Positions 23,891 to 35,720 of a DNA stretch of 64,000 nucleotides are shown one piece after another. Where the stretch lies: the NCBI RefSeq assembly GCF_018350175.1, contig NC_058382.1, positions 52,082,001 to 52,146,000 of the forward strand, written 5' to 3'. The position numbers and the translations under genes were made by a program. The stretch comes from Felis catus (Eukaryota). The notes under the pieces are model-generated. The model was not told where the DNA came from, did no database searches, and saw nothing but the letters and a program-made list of their open reading frames with translations. The first letter of the stretch is position 1; each line of letters begins with the position of its first letter.

Positions 23891-26621
23891 ATACATTCCT
23901 TTTGTATTTATGAGCAGGTCTGGGTGTACAGCAGACTGCAAAGAGAAGAAAAGCCCACGATGAAAAGGCAGACATGTACCTCTGCCTTCCAAATGGAGAC
24001 CCCCATTCTTGGCTCTCACTGAAGCAGTTAGAGGAGACGTGGGTCTGAAAACAGTACAGTCGTTTCTGGTTCTTAATTCTGCCCCTACTGATCCACCCCA
24101 CACAGAGGGGTCTGTACTACTGGGAAACACCCAGATAAAAACTTCTCATTACAATTACAAGGATACCCACGAATCGGGCAGTATGTTTCCTTTCTTCTGC
24201 AACCTGAAATTCTTCTGAGTTTCACCTGAGAACCAAAATACTTGTCTCTTGAGGCAATTATTTTTCGAGAAGGAAGATTAAGATAGCATCATTCTGTGGG
24301 GAATGTGGACAAGGTTGAGGATGCAATGAAAATGTTCTAAGCTTAACAGAAGATTGAAAGAATGAGAAGGCATGATGAGAACATTCTAGTGATCTGAGCT
24401 TCATTATTTTAAGACTCTATTCAAAGTCCAAAGCATTAATAGCTGTGAGATATGAGAAATGTTTGGCTAGGTCTGTGAATCACAGGTGGGGAAAAAATGC
24501 AAGAGAAAAGTAGACATTAATACTTTTTGAACACAATTTTGGGGTCCTTTGGGAATGGGGTCCTAGTCCAGCCATGTGTGACAGGTTGTCCACGTGGAAT
24601 TATTTCTGAGTCATCATTAAGTTCATCTGTACCTCCTCTTTACCCCCTTCACTGGGCATCCTTTTCCATCTATTCTTCAGTTTTTTCAAATTATTTCCAC
24701 TTTTTAAGCTGTTCTCGCTTGACCTTGTCTTTCATTTCCTAAACTTTTGCTAGCCATCCTAGTCTGGCAGTCTGGCTGAAAATTTGGTAAGGGACCACTT
24801 TTGACTTGGCTCCTGGATTCCCCCCAAGCCTAGTTGGCTGACCAGACTGGGCATGTTTTGGGCGCCTTGGTGCCCCATCTTCCTTTCTGGCCTGGGGACA
24901 GAGAGCTGAGACAGGTGCATCTGCCGAACTGTGAAGCACAGGTTCGTGTTGTGGTGGGGTGAATGAGTATTCAGGAAGACTGTTGACGGGTAGATTCGTT
25001 GAGAAGGGAGATGTATTTTAATGGAGAAGGAAAATTTGTTAGGTTTTATAGTAAATGTTTTGAATGTATTTGGGTGGAAGTTTATAAAGGAAATGGCAAA
25101 ATTCTGTGTATGTTTGGGGGGATATTCTATACTTATTTTCTTGGCAGAGATGTAGCGTATTCACTAATTGAATTAGGCAAAAACTTTTCTTTGTTGACAA
25201 GAAGACCATGTCTCAAGTCTGTGAGATGAAGGCGTGACCAGGAGATTTCGGTTTTAACATTCGTTCTTGCCACCACAAGTCAGGAGAGACACTAGGGGGG
25301 AATTTGTGGACAGGTGAGTTAATAAAACTACATGGGGAAGGGAGAGGGATAGGAGATAGGTAAGAGACCGGGCTCAGTATTCAAGAAGGTCTTGGTCATG
25401 ACATAGTCTTGTCATTTTCTCCATTGGTGTGGTAGTGACAGATTGTTCACATTTTGCTCTTACCTTGCCTGTTACCATTATCACACGAAAAAAACCACGT
25501 CTGGAATAAATCCTAAGCATAGCTTTTCAGAGTGGGTGTGAGTTCACGGTGATCGTGAAAGCCTGCTGCCTTGAATTCTCTCCAATTGTGGGGAGTTAGA
25601 AGGTAGCACGTTCATGTGTGTGCTTTCCTTGGTCATGATGGTGTTGCCATGGACACATTTGTCTGCCACCGCCTTAACTCCTGGACAGCAGTGGTGAAAG
25701 CGATGCTGGGCAACTGGGGAAGGTATTGCCAGATGGGAAGAGGCCTAGTTGGGCTCCGTAGGGGAAGAACGTATCTTTCACAGCTGCAGCATTTGGCTTC
25801 CTATCTGGAGGGGGCACAGATGTGAAAAGCCATTATTAACGCCCATGGAGAGACCCTCCAGCCTTTTGTTCTTTGAAACTGTAGTCTCTATCAATGCAAT
25901 GGATTAGACTCATAGAGTGACTGCTTAGGTCAGGGTTATCAATTTTCATCCCTCTTCTGTTCTCATCTGAATCTTGGCACTGTGAATTGGGAAAGTGGAA
26001 AGGCCCTTACGCAGCACCTGCTTCCATACCTGGTTACTGTGTGGATGAGGAATATGCAGGGACAAGAGAAGAAACTTACTTCGGATTGTGCAGCAAGTCC
26101 GGGGTAAAAGCAAAGCTAGACCCTCCCTGTTGGTGCTTAATGTCATACCTTCTTGCCATTATTTAAGTGAGTTTAGACCACTAATTTTCTAAAATCGCAG
26201 AACAGAGGATTTTTAATTCTAGGTCATTATCTTTTAGGAATTAAAAATAAAAATTGAAAGTTACTATGTATATCCGACCAGTTCATGAATAATTATTAAT
26301 TAATGAACAGTTTTGTTAAGGACATTGTGTAGAGTTCGTGAAGCTGGAGCTTAAACCAGCCTTGCATGCCAGGAGTTGAATTCTAGGAGGCGGGGAACTT
26401 ACTTGCGAAAGAACTCTATGATGAGGAGGACAGGATAAATGACTTAAAAACTGTGGAAGTTTGGGACACAGATGGGGCTTTTTCAGTGAAGGGGTTAGAA
26501 GATGAGGTGATGAAAGGCTTTGTGGAAGAGTTGGGCCTGGAAGGATTTCGTTGAAAAGAGATGGGAGGTAGGTAGGCAGACAATCAAACAAAAAAATTGC
26601 ATGGAACAACAGACTAGGATT

Positions 26622-26732
26622 AATCCATCTGTCTATCCATCCATCCCAGCAATCGTCCTTCCTTCCTTCCTTCCTTCCTTCCTTCCATCCTTCCATCCTT
26701 CCATCCTTCCATCCTTCCATCCTTCCATCCAT
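26622..26732. repeat. (CATC)/(CTTC)n compound tetranucleotide repeat
   Basis: Directly visible. Confidence 0.95.
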
Positions 26733-26799
26733 TAAATTTCTGGTTATTTTAAGTTTCACCATTGCATTGAATGTGGCAACAGACAATTTTAGTAGAAAC

Positions 26800-27140
26800 A
26801 GAAAAGAAATTAGGCAGAATCTTTGTAGGGTTTAGAATATCAGGCTAAGGAGTTTGAAATTTTTATGCTAGGAAATGCAGAACCATTATAGGACTTCTAA
26901 GTGGTATGCCTGAGGGATTCCTCCAGGACCTTAGTTGGTAAATGCTGTAAACGTGGCTCTATGGAGGAGGCTGCAGTAAGAGACCATTAAGTCTGGATAA
27001 AATGGGATCTATGGAGACAGACAACTGATTGGATGGTGAGGCCAAAGTAGAGGGGGCTGGAGAAAGCGACTCTGAAGTTTTGAGTCTGTGTTACTGGTCT
27101 AGGTGTGTGTCCATGCTGAGAAAATGATGTGTAGAGTTTT
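26800..27140 (-). mobile_element. L2 internal fragment
   Basis: caggctaaggagtttgaaattt...gaaccattatagg...gactctgaagttttgagtctg. Confidence 0.6.
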
Positions 27141-27174
27141 GAATTTAAAAATGGATGGATTTAAAATAAAATTA

Positions 27175-27330
27175 GGGGTGCCTGATGGCTCAGTCGGTTA
27201 AGTGTCTGATTTCGGCTCAGGTCATGATCTCGTGGTCCATGAGTTCGAGCCCCTGGTCAGGCTTGGTGCTATCAGCTATCAGTCTCTGTCCTTGTCTCTG
27301 TCTCTCTCAGAAATAAATAAACGTTAAAAA
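27175..27330 (+). mobile_element. CAN-SINE with internal deletion
   Basis: TSD aaaataaaatta at 27163-27174 and 27331-27342. Confidence 0.92.
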
Positions 27331-27569
27331 AAAATAAAATTAACATAAAATTTGAAAATAAAATAGATGGGTTCTTACTAATGGGAACAACAATTTTGCT
27401 TTTAATACAGGTGGTTTATTGCAAAATTTCATTAAACAGCAGCTCTTGTAACTGTTGTCAGGTATGACAATACCATAGCTCACGTCTCCTGTGTCTGTGA
27501 CAGGTACCACTTTTGGTCACAGCACTCTTCTTCTGAGTGTGGTGGTAGCCTCTGAATCCTTCTCCTTTT

Positions 27570-27818
27570 ATTTTTATTTTACTTTATTTTTATTTTTAAT
27601 TTTTTTGCAACGTTTGTTCATTTTTGAGAGATCGAGACAGAGCGTGAGTGGGGGAGGAGCAGAGAGAGAGAGAGAGAGACAGAATCTGAAGCGGGCCCCA
27701 CGCTCTAGGCTCTGTGCTCTTAGCATAGAGCCTGGTGTGGGGCTTAAACTCACAAGAGAAGAGGTCATGACCTGAGCCAAAGTCAGACACTTAACAGACT
27801 GAGACACCCGGGCACCCC
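27570..27818 (-). mobile_element. CAN-SINE
   Basis: Reverse SINE ending gagacacccgggcacccc. Confidence 0.92.
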
Positions 27819-28111
27819 TATCACTTAACTATTTTGTGAGCATTTTCCCGTGTCATTAAATGTTCTTAAAACATGATGCTCTTAAATACCCACATGAGCA
27901 TGTTCTATCCCACAGGAAAAACCATGATTTATTTATTTCTTCGGGTTAGATATTTACCTTATTTTCCCATTTTTAATCATCATGCTTTGATGGCCATTCT
28001 TCTATGTAAGTTATTCCATATTTGACTACTTCCATGGGATGGGATCTTAGAAATTATTTGCTTACAGCGTATACATTTAAAATATTTTTCCAATATTAAT
28101 TAATTAATTAA

Positions 28112-28248
28112 TGGGGGGTGATGAAAATGTCCAAAAACTGAGTGTGATAATATTTGCAAAACTCTGTGAATGTACTAAAAAAACAATGAATTGTATACTT
28201 TGTGTGGGAAAATTGCATGGTATATGAATTCTCTCTCAATAAAGAGGT
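28112..28248 (+). mobile_element. Old L1M (MB-type) 3' end
   Basis: ggggtgatgaaaatgtcc...ctgtgaatgtactaaaa...gaattgtatacttt...ggtatatgaatt...ctcaataaag. Confidence 0.8.
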
Positions 28249-28602
28249 AATTTTATTGAGGGGGGATCTCTCAGAGCAGTGGTTTCCAAAATGATGTATG
28301 GTGTAGCCTCCTGAAATGTTATTATGGATACGTGGCAGAGTCTCTATTCGTCTTTCCAAAGTGAATCAGTGGTTATTGTAAATGATCATCTTACCAGAAC
28401 ATCATAGTGTCGCATTCATATAACTGGAGTGAGAGTATCTTACATATGTTACCAGCAGTTCTCACGGTGTTGGTTCATTTGTTCGTTGATCTGTTCATTC
28501 AGCTGTCGACCACGTCTTCCTCAGACGTCTTCAGTGTCAACAATATGCCGGTGCCATGCTGGGTGCTGGAGATAGGGAGTCGTGGAAGCACACGGGAAGG
28601 GT

Positions 28603-29330
28603 ACCTGAATTAGTTCTCTCTGCTGCATGACAGATGACCCCAACAGTTACCCTCAAAGTCACCATTTACTGTCTCCCAGAGTTTCTCTGGGTCAGGAATT
28701 GGGATGTGGCTTTTCTAAGTGGTTGTGGTACAGGTTCTCTCATGAGGTTGCCATCAAGCTGGCATCTGAAGATTTGACTGGGACTGGAGGACCACCTCCC
28801 AGATGGTGCACCCACAGGCTTTTGGCTGGAGGCCACAGGGACCTCTGTTACAGAGTCCTTACAGCATGGCAGCTGGATTCTTCCAGAGCGTGTGATCCAA
28901 GGGTGAGAGAGCCCGGTAGAAGCCACGGTACTATTTATGCCCCGTCTCAAAAGTCGCTCATTTTCACTTCTGCCACATTCACTTCGTTAGAAGTAGATCA
29001 CCTTGGGGCACCTGGGTGGCTCCCTCGGTTGAGTGTCTGACTCTTGATTTCGGCTCAGGTCATGATCTTACAGTTTGTGAGATCGAGCCCCGCTTTGGGC
29101 TCTGAGCTGGCAGGGTGGATCCTGCTTGGGATTTTCTCTCTCTGCCCCTTCGCCAAGCTTGCTCTCTCAAATAAAATAAACTCTCAAAACTCTCTCAAAA
29201 TAAATAAACTTAAAAAAAAAGAAGGAGTGGAGCGCTTCATCCAGTCGACACTGAAGAGAGGGGAATTGGGCTCTACCTCTTGAAGGGAGGATTGTCAAAG
29301 AATTTGTTGGCGCATTTGAACACCACCGTC
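28603..29330. mobile_element. MLT1F/G-like solo LTR containing a SINE
   Basis: ttagttctctctgctgcatgacagatgacccc...gggtcaggaatt...catgaggttgc...catggcagctgg...ctacctcttgaagggagg...tcaaagaatttg. Confidence 0.78.
29005..29220 (+). mobile_element. CAN-SINE inside MLT1
   Basis: ggggcacctgggtggctc...gactcttgatttcggctcaggtcatgatc...A tail. Confidence 0.92.
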
Positions 29331-30069
29331 CTATGTGATCCAGGTGGTCAGTGGGATGAGGAGTCCGAAAAAACATGGTGGAAGAGGTGGGTTTTGACTT
29401 GAATTGGGAAGCATTACCAGGAGAGAGAAGAGAAGCAGAGAAGGGCCTTGCAGCCTTACAGCATCCTGTGGGCAAGGGCCTCAGACCGAAGGAGGAAAAG
29501 CACATCCCTGCCGGTGATGCTTGGGTTTCGGTGCCGTTCACTGAAGGGAGGAGTGCAGGAGGAGGAGGAGGAAGTGAGGAGAGGAGTGAGCGAGTGTGGG
29601 TCCTGCTGAGCTGGAGGCACATGTGGAGGAACCACATGGAGCAGTGGGGTCTGAGGCTGGATGAAAGGGTGTGGAGGAGGCTGCAAGCTGTGTCCCCTGT
29701 TCCCCATGTCCCGTCCCTAGGGTCCCGGGAGAGGATTTTGTCTTCGAAAGGGGAAGTCAGGCCCTTTTAAGACGGACTGTGCATTCCCTCCTCTGGTGAT
29801 GAGGAGCTCTGCCCTCTTACTCTGGTGAGGGGTCCCTTCTGCCCCAGCCAGCAAGGGCAAGTCAGGCTGGGGACCGGGGGGCGTTGTCTGATTTGTCCGG
29901 GTGGTCTGTGACCTGAGGATTTTCATGTGTTTGCCATGGGCTGTGACAGAACAGAGGCTGGAGGCTTGTCACGACGTCTCGGGTTTTCCTCTAACCCACA
30001 CTCTTAAGGCAGGTAAAAGTGCACTTAAATGCACATGCCTGCCAGGTTGCCCTTCTGAACCTGGGAATC

Positions 30070-31150
30070 TTGTTGAGACACATGAATGATTCTATTAGGA
30101 ATATGCATTGACTAAGGGTAAAGGGAGAGATTATCTTCATTCCAGACTTTTTTTTCCCTTTTACCTTAAAAAAAAAATAGATGATTTTCTTCCAGCATTT
30201 ATTCGTGCAGGAAAATACCATTCTGAACAACAATGATGTAAGATTATTTGATTTTTTTTAAATATGGTACACATTTTTAGGGTTCTGACTTTTGCATTAA
30301 TAAAATTATATTCTGTTTCCAGCCATGTTCTTCTGATTAGCTTCAACTTGTATCAGTGTTTTATTCCTCCTTGGAGCTAAGACTAAGCTTATTTTAATGG
30401 TTGTATCCCATGGTAAGCGAGGTGATGGCAAATCACTTAATTTTGTGTGCGTACTGCTCTGATTACTGAAACGCTGTCTTTGATAACAACGGAGGAGATA
30501 AGCAAGATAGAAATAACATTTGAGTAATTCTGTGCCCTTCTGTCTCTGGATCTGGAAATAAATGCACTTGAATTTATACATTCTTGGTCCTTTAGGAACC
30601 ATAAAAACATACCCTTACCTATATATGAAATGGCAAGAAACTGCATATTTATTAAGAATCATGACCCTTAGGACTAGACAAGTCAAATTAAATCTCATAA
30701 AAATTTGTTATGGAAAATGAATACACGGCACTATTTTTTCTTTTAGGGTCTACTTATTAACTTTGTCATGTTTAATATGTTGCACTTGCAAACAAAGGCA
30801 TAAATGTATGGTTCATTCCTAATTAATTTATGTAATTGGGTTTTATAAATTTAGGTGGTTAGGAAGCTGTGTGTAACACACCCCATTTGCTGCGTGCCGT
30901 AGCCAATAAAGGCGTAATAGAAAGAAATATAGTTTGAAGCTCACTTCAGTGGTAAATATAGATTAGTTGTAAATGATATCTTTGTAATGTTTATTTTAAA
31001 TTTTGCAATGCTGCAGATTCTCTGAACATACCAATTAATGTTCTTATTTGAACTAATGACTAGTTAATTACTATAAATTCTAAGTGCTCTATCTCTGACA
31101 ATTAAAAAGTCTCTTACAGCTTTTGTATTGTTCGCTCTGAATTAGGTCAG
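30070..31150. promoter_or_regulatory. Candidate conserved non-coding element (about 1.1 kb)
   Basis: Repeat-free, very AT-rich, dense TAATTA/CAATTA/CCAATAAA/CATAAA motifs. Confidence 0.45.
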
Positions 31151-31252
31151 CAGTCCAGTATCGAGGAAAGCAGAGTAAGAATGGAAGGTGGGTGTTTAAA
31201 ATGTGGGTCGTTTTGTCAGTTCCTGTTTTGAATGCTTGCTCTTTTGTGTCTG

Positions 31253-31286
31253 TACACACGCAGGCACACACACACACACACACACA
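31253..31286. repeat. (CA)n microsatellite
   Basis: Directly visible. Confidence 0.95.
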
Positions 31287-33489
31287 TCCATATTTGTGTG
31301 TAATTTCTATTTCTTGCTACACAAGCAGTGAATGAGTTGAAAAATCTGAAATGTATTTTGAATTTTTTAAGTAGGTTCTAAATTATACCATGAAAATCAG
31401 ATACACCAGGATAAAACCAGTAAATTTAAAATAAGTCATTTGTCACTGTGACGTGACTATGATGTTACCCGGCTTGGCAATGAACCTTCTCCCGTAGCCT
31501 CAAAGAGACCAACCAGAATGGTTTGATCAGGGGTTTCAGCCGGCCTCCCCTGATACTTCCTTCACTTACCGAGGGAAGGCCCTGTTCTTTCCTCAACCAG
31601 CCCCAAAAGACTGAGACATCCAAGTCAGCGCTGCTTGGCTCCCATCCAAGGCATTCAGTGTTGTCCCGTCTGTTTTTGTGAACATGTTTAAACAGAAGAA
31701 ACTGTCTCTGGTCCACAGTGAAACAGCTACCTCTTTGACCAACAGCAAGCCCGTGGAGCCGTTTGAACACTGCGTCGTGTACCTTTGAGAAATCACCGGA
31801 ATCACAGCATTCTTTGTAAACAGAATACCTTCCATCCAGGGAGAGAGTATGTGTTGCAGGGTCAATTGGGAGCCCCTTTTGTACATTCTGTTTCGTGCCT
31901 TACAGGTTAAAGGAGAATGTTTGATTTGCTTATGAAAGTATGGGCTCGGTGAGATTAAAAGACACCTTGAATAATCGTGTGTAAATATAAATACTGTATG
32001 TGGAATAAGTGTTACGGATCACACTTATGATGAAATATGTATGTCTTTCCAAGGGTAAGACCTTCATAATTCATTTATAAGTTACATTCCTTATCTTACA
32101 TGTAAGTAACAGAATAGTAAATTTTCTTTGTTCTTTCTGAAGAATTGTCACACAGGGAAGGAAAAAAAAAAAAAGAAGGATAAACTTTTCTCAAACAGCA
32201 GAATGCCATTCAGGGATAACTGGAAAAAAGTATCAGGGAAAAGCCGAAAAAAAAAAAAAAAAGGTAGGTTCTGGTGATATTGGAAAAATGACGTGTGAGT
32301 AGAAGCACTAGATGGGGGCTTCATCTATTCTGTCATGTTATGACAGAAATCATTACACGTGTGATAGGTTTATTTATAAAGACTTGCTTCAATATTCAAA
32401 GTCCATCTATTCTAGCATTTCTCATGTTGAGCCAGGCTGTGGATCAAGATGAAAGAAAAATTAAATTGTATATTGAAAGAGCCGTTAATTGAGCTGCGCT
32501 GTATTTAACGGGGAAGCATCCGCTTCAAGCAGTCGATACCGCTGAGGATTTGTGATGTACTGCATCACGAGACCGGCCGTTGGCTTTGGAGAATGCAAAC
32601 AGGGCTAAGGACAAAGCCCCACCAACTTCGGCTTTCGCACCCCCCCCCCCACCCGTCTCTTCGGAAGGCAAGTGTCAACGTTTCCACGGAGGAAATCCTG
32701 CTCGCGTGCGGTCATAACGGCCCTCAGTGCTGCAGCTTCTTGCCGGACGACTCATGACACGCCACTGAGTCACCAAAACCTATTTCCCAAAGGAATCGTT
32801 CGGGGGCTTGTTTAAAGGCCTTCTATGAGACTGGATTTTCTCCCTCTTTCTTAATCAATGTAAATTCAATTGCATTTCGGAGGGTGGCCACATAGTATTT
32901 CATCATCTCTAATATCCATTTAAAAATGTTAGGTCTACCCAGTTATAATTCTCAAAAGTGGCCTCTCAGTGGCTTAATATGTTATCTCCATTCTCTGAGG
33001 CAGTGTTAATTTCCTTTTGTAGTTAATCTATCCTACTACCAAATTTAGTATATTTATAGTTAAAGATTCTGTTAAGAGCTAAGTGATTTAAGTACATCTG
33101 GGATAAAGTGGCCTTGGCTTTAACTATGGAACAAATTTTCTTTATTTCATTCTCTTCACTGATAAATCCATAGTAACTGGAGGCATTTCTAGAATTGTGG
33201 GCAATTTGAGCCTCTAAAGTTTGATTAAAGATACTTCAGATATTCCTACTGAGAGGCTAGAGAGCTACAGGCCATTTATTCTTGGTTCTGATTCTGGCCC
33301 TGGCCCAGCTCTGTGGCACAGGATGGGTCACCCCGGGCTCCGTCCTAGTGCTGCTCAGCTCCTGTGAGTCTGGGGTGGGCATTACTTCCCAGGAAGGTGA
33401 TGATGGAGCCAGCTGGGTCTTCTCGTGGCCATTGCGTAGGGCTCACTCATCAGAAAGAGTCCAGAGACATGGCTTTGAAGGGCGTTTTC

Positions 33490-33650
33490 GACGCATTCAC
33501 TCCTTCAGTCTTTCATTCGCTCATCAAACCTGTATTGTGGGCCTCCTGTGTACCGAGCATTATTTTGTTAGGGTTTTTGGGGAAGGCTTCATTGGTGAGG
33601 TGACATTTGGGCAGAGAGGGACATGCATGGAGTGCAGGAGAGAGCCCTGC
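33490..33650 (-). mobile_element. L2 fragment
   Basis: cattcactccttcag...tcattcgctcatcaaacctgtattgtgggcctcctgtgtacc...gaggtgacatttgggcagag. Confidence 0.7.
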
Positions 33651-33853
33651 CGACAGGAGATCCCATGTGTGAACTGCTTAATAAAGTACCTGCATCTGGA
33701 AGCTCCCGTGGAGGTTGGCAGTCACTGCTGCCGCTGCTGGTGCGTTGTCAGGGGCTACTTTAGGAGGCACAAAGAGTGGCACCTTGGAAAATTAGACAAA
33801 AATAGGCAGCTACACTGTGCGCCTACAGTTAACGCATCAGTTCTGTTCCCGAC

Positions 33854-34193
33854 TATGATGGGCCGAGTGTTTGTGTCCCCTCTGGATTCATACATATGCT
33901 GAAGCCTGATGTCCAGAGTGATGATACCGGGAGGTGGAGGGGCGGGGGCTTTGGGAGGTGATTACGGTTAGACAAGGTCATGAGAGGGAGTCCCTCGTGA
34001 TGTGAATAGTGCCCTTGGAGGCAGAGGAAGAGAGAGGTCTCTGTCTGCGGGCATGCACCGAAGAAAGGCATGCGAGCACACAGTGCAGTAGTTGTCTGCA
34101 AGCTTAGAAGAGAGTTCTCCCCAGGAATGAATCACCTTGACCTTGGACTCCAACCTCCAGAACCGTGAGAAACACGTGTGTTATTTGAGCCAC
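33854..34193 (+). mobile_element. MLT1A-type solo LTR
   Basis: tgtttgtgtcccc...ggctttgggaggtgatta...ggtcatgagaggg...accttggactccaacctccagaaccgtgagaaa. Confidence 0.85.
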
Positions 34194-35304
34194 GTGTGTG
34201 GAAAAGAGGTTCCAGAAGGAGGGGTTCAAGGTGAGTGTGGGTAACACGGAACAGCTGATTGGGAAACCGGAGCAAGGCGTTTCAGTATGGGTATGATTGA
34301 CGAGGATCTTCCTGGAATGAAGAATAATGCCCCCAAAATGACCACCCCCCCCCCAATTAATTAATTAAAAGGCATGAGGGATGGAAGTTTGGTGGAGTGG
34401 GTGGAGGAACCTGTTTCAAATCCAGGCTCTGCCGTGTAACCCCTCTGAGCTTTAGTTTGCTGTGGACGTTAGAGATAATGCGTATTAGGTGTCTAGCCTG
34501 TGATCGTGGTCACTCTATTTTATTTGATCATATTCCCTTATTTTGGGGGATTTGGAAAGGGTATGTGAGAGCAGCTAGCAGGTAAGCATCCTGCTTGGGA
34601 CCCAGGGCTGTGAACTGCCCTTCCCAGTCAGGCACCCAGCAGGGAAACCCACCTCGTTCCAGAGAGCAGTGTCTGGCCTGAGCAACAGTGTGGCTGAGGA
34701 CATTCGGCTGTCTGCTTCTTAGGCCACCAGCTGTTGCTGCAGAATGAAGAAGTCTCCCTAGATGGAGCAGGAACAGAAGATGCTTCTCTGAGGGTGGAGG
34801 TTGATCATTCTAGGTTGGCGGGACACCCTCAAGGGAAACGATTGCTGAGGCGTTCCGAGAGGACTCGGGCCCCGGGAGTCATGGCGTTTTGCCAGGGGAT
34901 CCGGGATGAGCGACCCTTTCTTTGACCACATGTGTGGCTCATGTTGGGTTCTAGAAAACCTTGGAAGGACTAATAGCCTGGTTGTGCCAGGATTTGTGTT
35001 TTGGAACTGAAATGTGGGTGACTCCACCTGTAACCTTTTCAAGACAGAGTGGGGAGAAAAGCAAGGTCTGTTATCTTGCTCTGTGAATCCAGGTTAGGTC
35101 CAAGGGGAAGGGTGTGCTGCCTAGAGAGGGAGGAGCCAAAAAGGATGCGGGGCTTGGGATGAACATCACAACCTGGGCGGCCTGCCCAGCCCACCCTTGA
35201 TAGCTCATGAGTCGTGCCATACTGCTGGGAGGCGAAAGGGAAGCTAAAACTTTGTGACAAGGAGGTAGAACATAAAGACCGGACTTGAACTGGTTATAAT
35301 GGCT

Positions 35305-35720
35305 TGTACCAGTAAGGATGCATTAGGTTGTGATGCAGTAACAAACATCCCCAGATCTCTGTGACTCTGTAAAGGCAGTGAGTTTATTTCCCACTCACAA
35401 GAAAAGGGAAGGAAGGGTGGGTGGAGTTCTGCTCATTAAAGTCACTGACCTCAGCCCCATCTCCTACCCATGACTCTGTCGTTTGCAGTACAGAAAAGGG
35501 GACACGGCAGATCAGTGCCTGCCCTTGAAAGTTTCTGCCCAGGAGTATTACTTGCATCTCCCGCCCCCACCCCTCCAAACCCCCCTCCCAGCCCCCTGCA
35601 CAGATCATTAGCCAAAACAAGTCCACAGCCATGTCCAACTTTGGATGGACAGGGAAGTGCAAGCCTACTGTGTACCCCAAAGAAGTGAAGAACCAGGGCA
35701 GCTGTGAGCAGTTTTATTAA
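35305..35720. mobile_element. MLT1K/L-like solo LTR
   Basis: ttaggttgtgatgcagtaacaaacatccccagatctctgtgact...tcattagccaaaacaagtccacagccatgtccaact. Confidence 0.7.

Larger units (their letters stand above)
28470..29420 (-). mobile_element. L2 fragment split by an MLT1 LTR
   Basis: ttcatttgttcg...tgccggtgccatgctgggtgctggagatagg before the LTR; gaagaggtgggttttgacttg after it. Confidence 0.5.

Noticed and set aside
31906..32054. Possible exon (ccttacag|...agg|gtaaga)
   Set aside because: Splice-like signals only; AT-rich interior with stop codons and no independent support.
33282..33902. Longest ORF in the window (206 aa)
   Set aside because: Starts at TTG and runs through L2 and into MLT1A remnants; no protein family resemblance.
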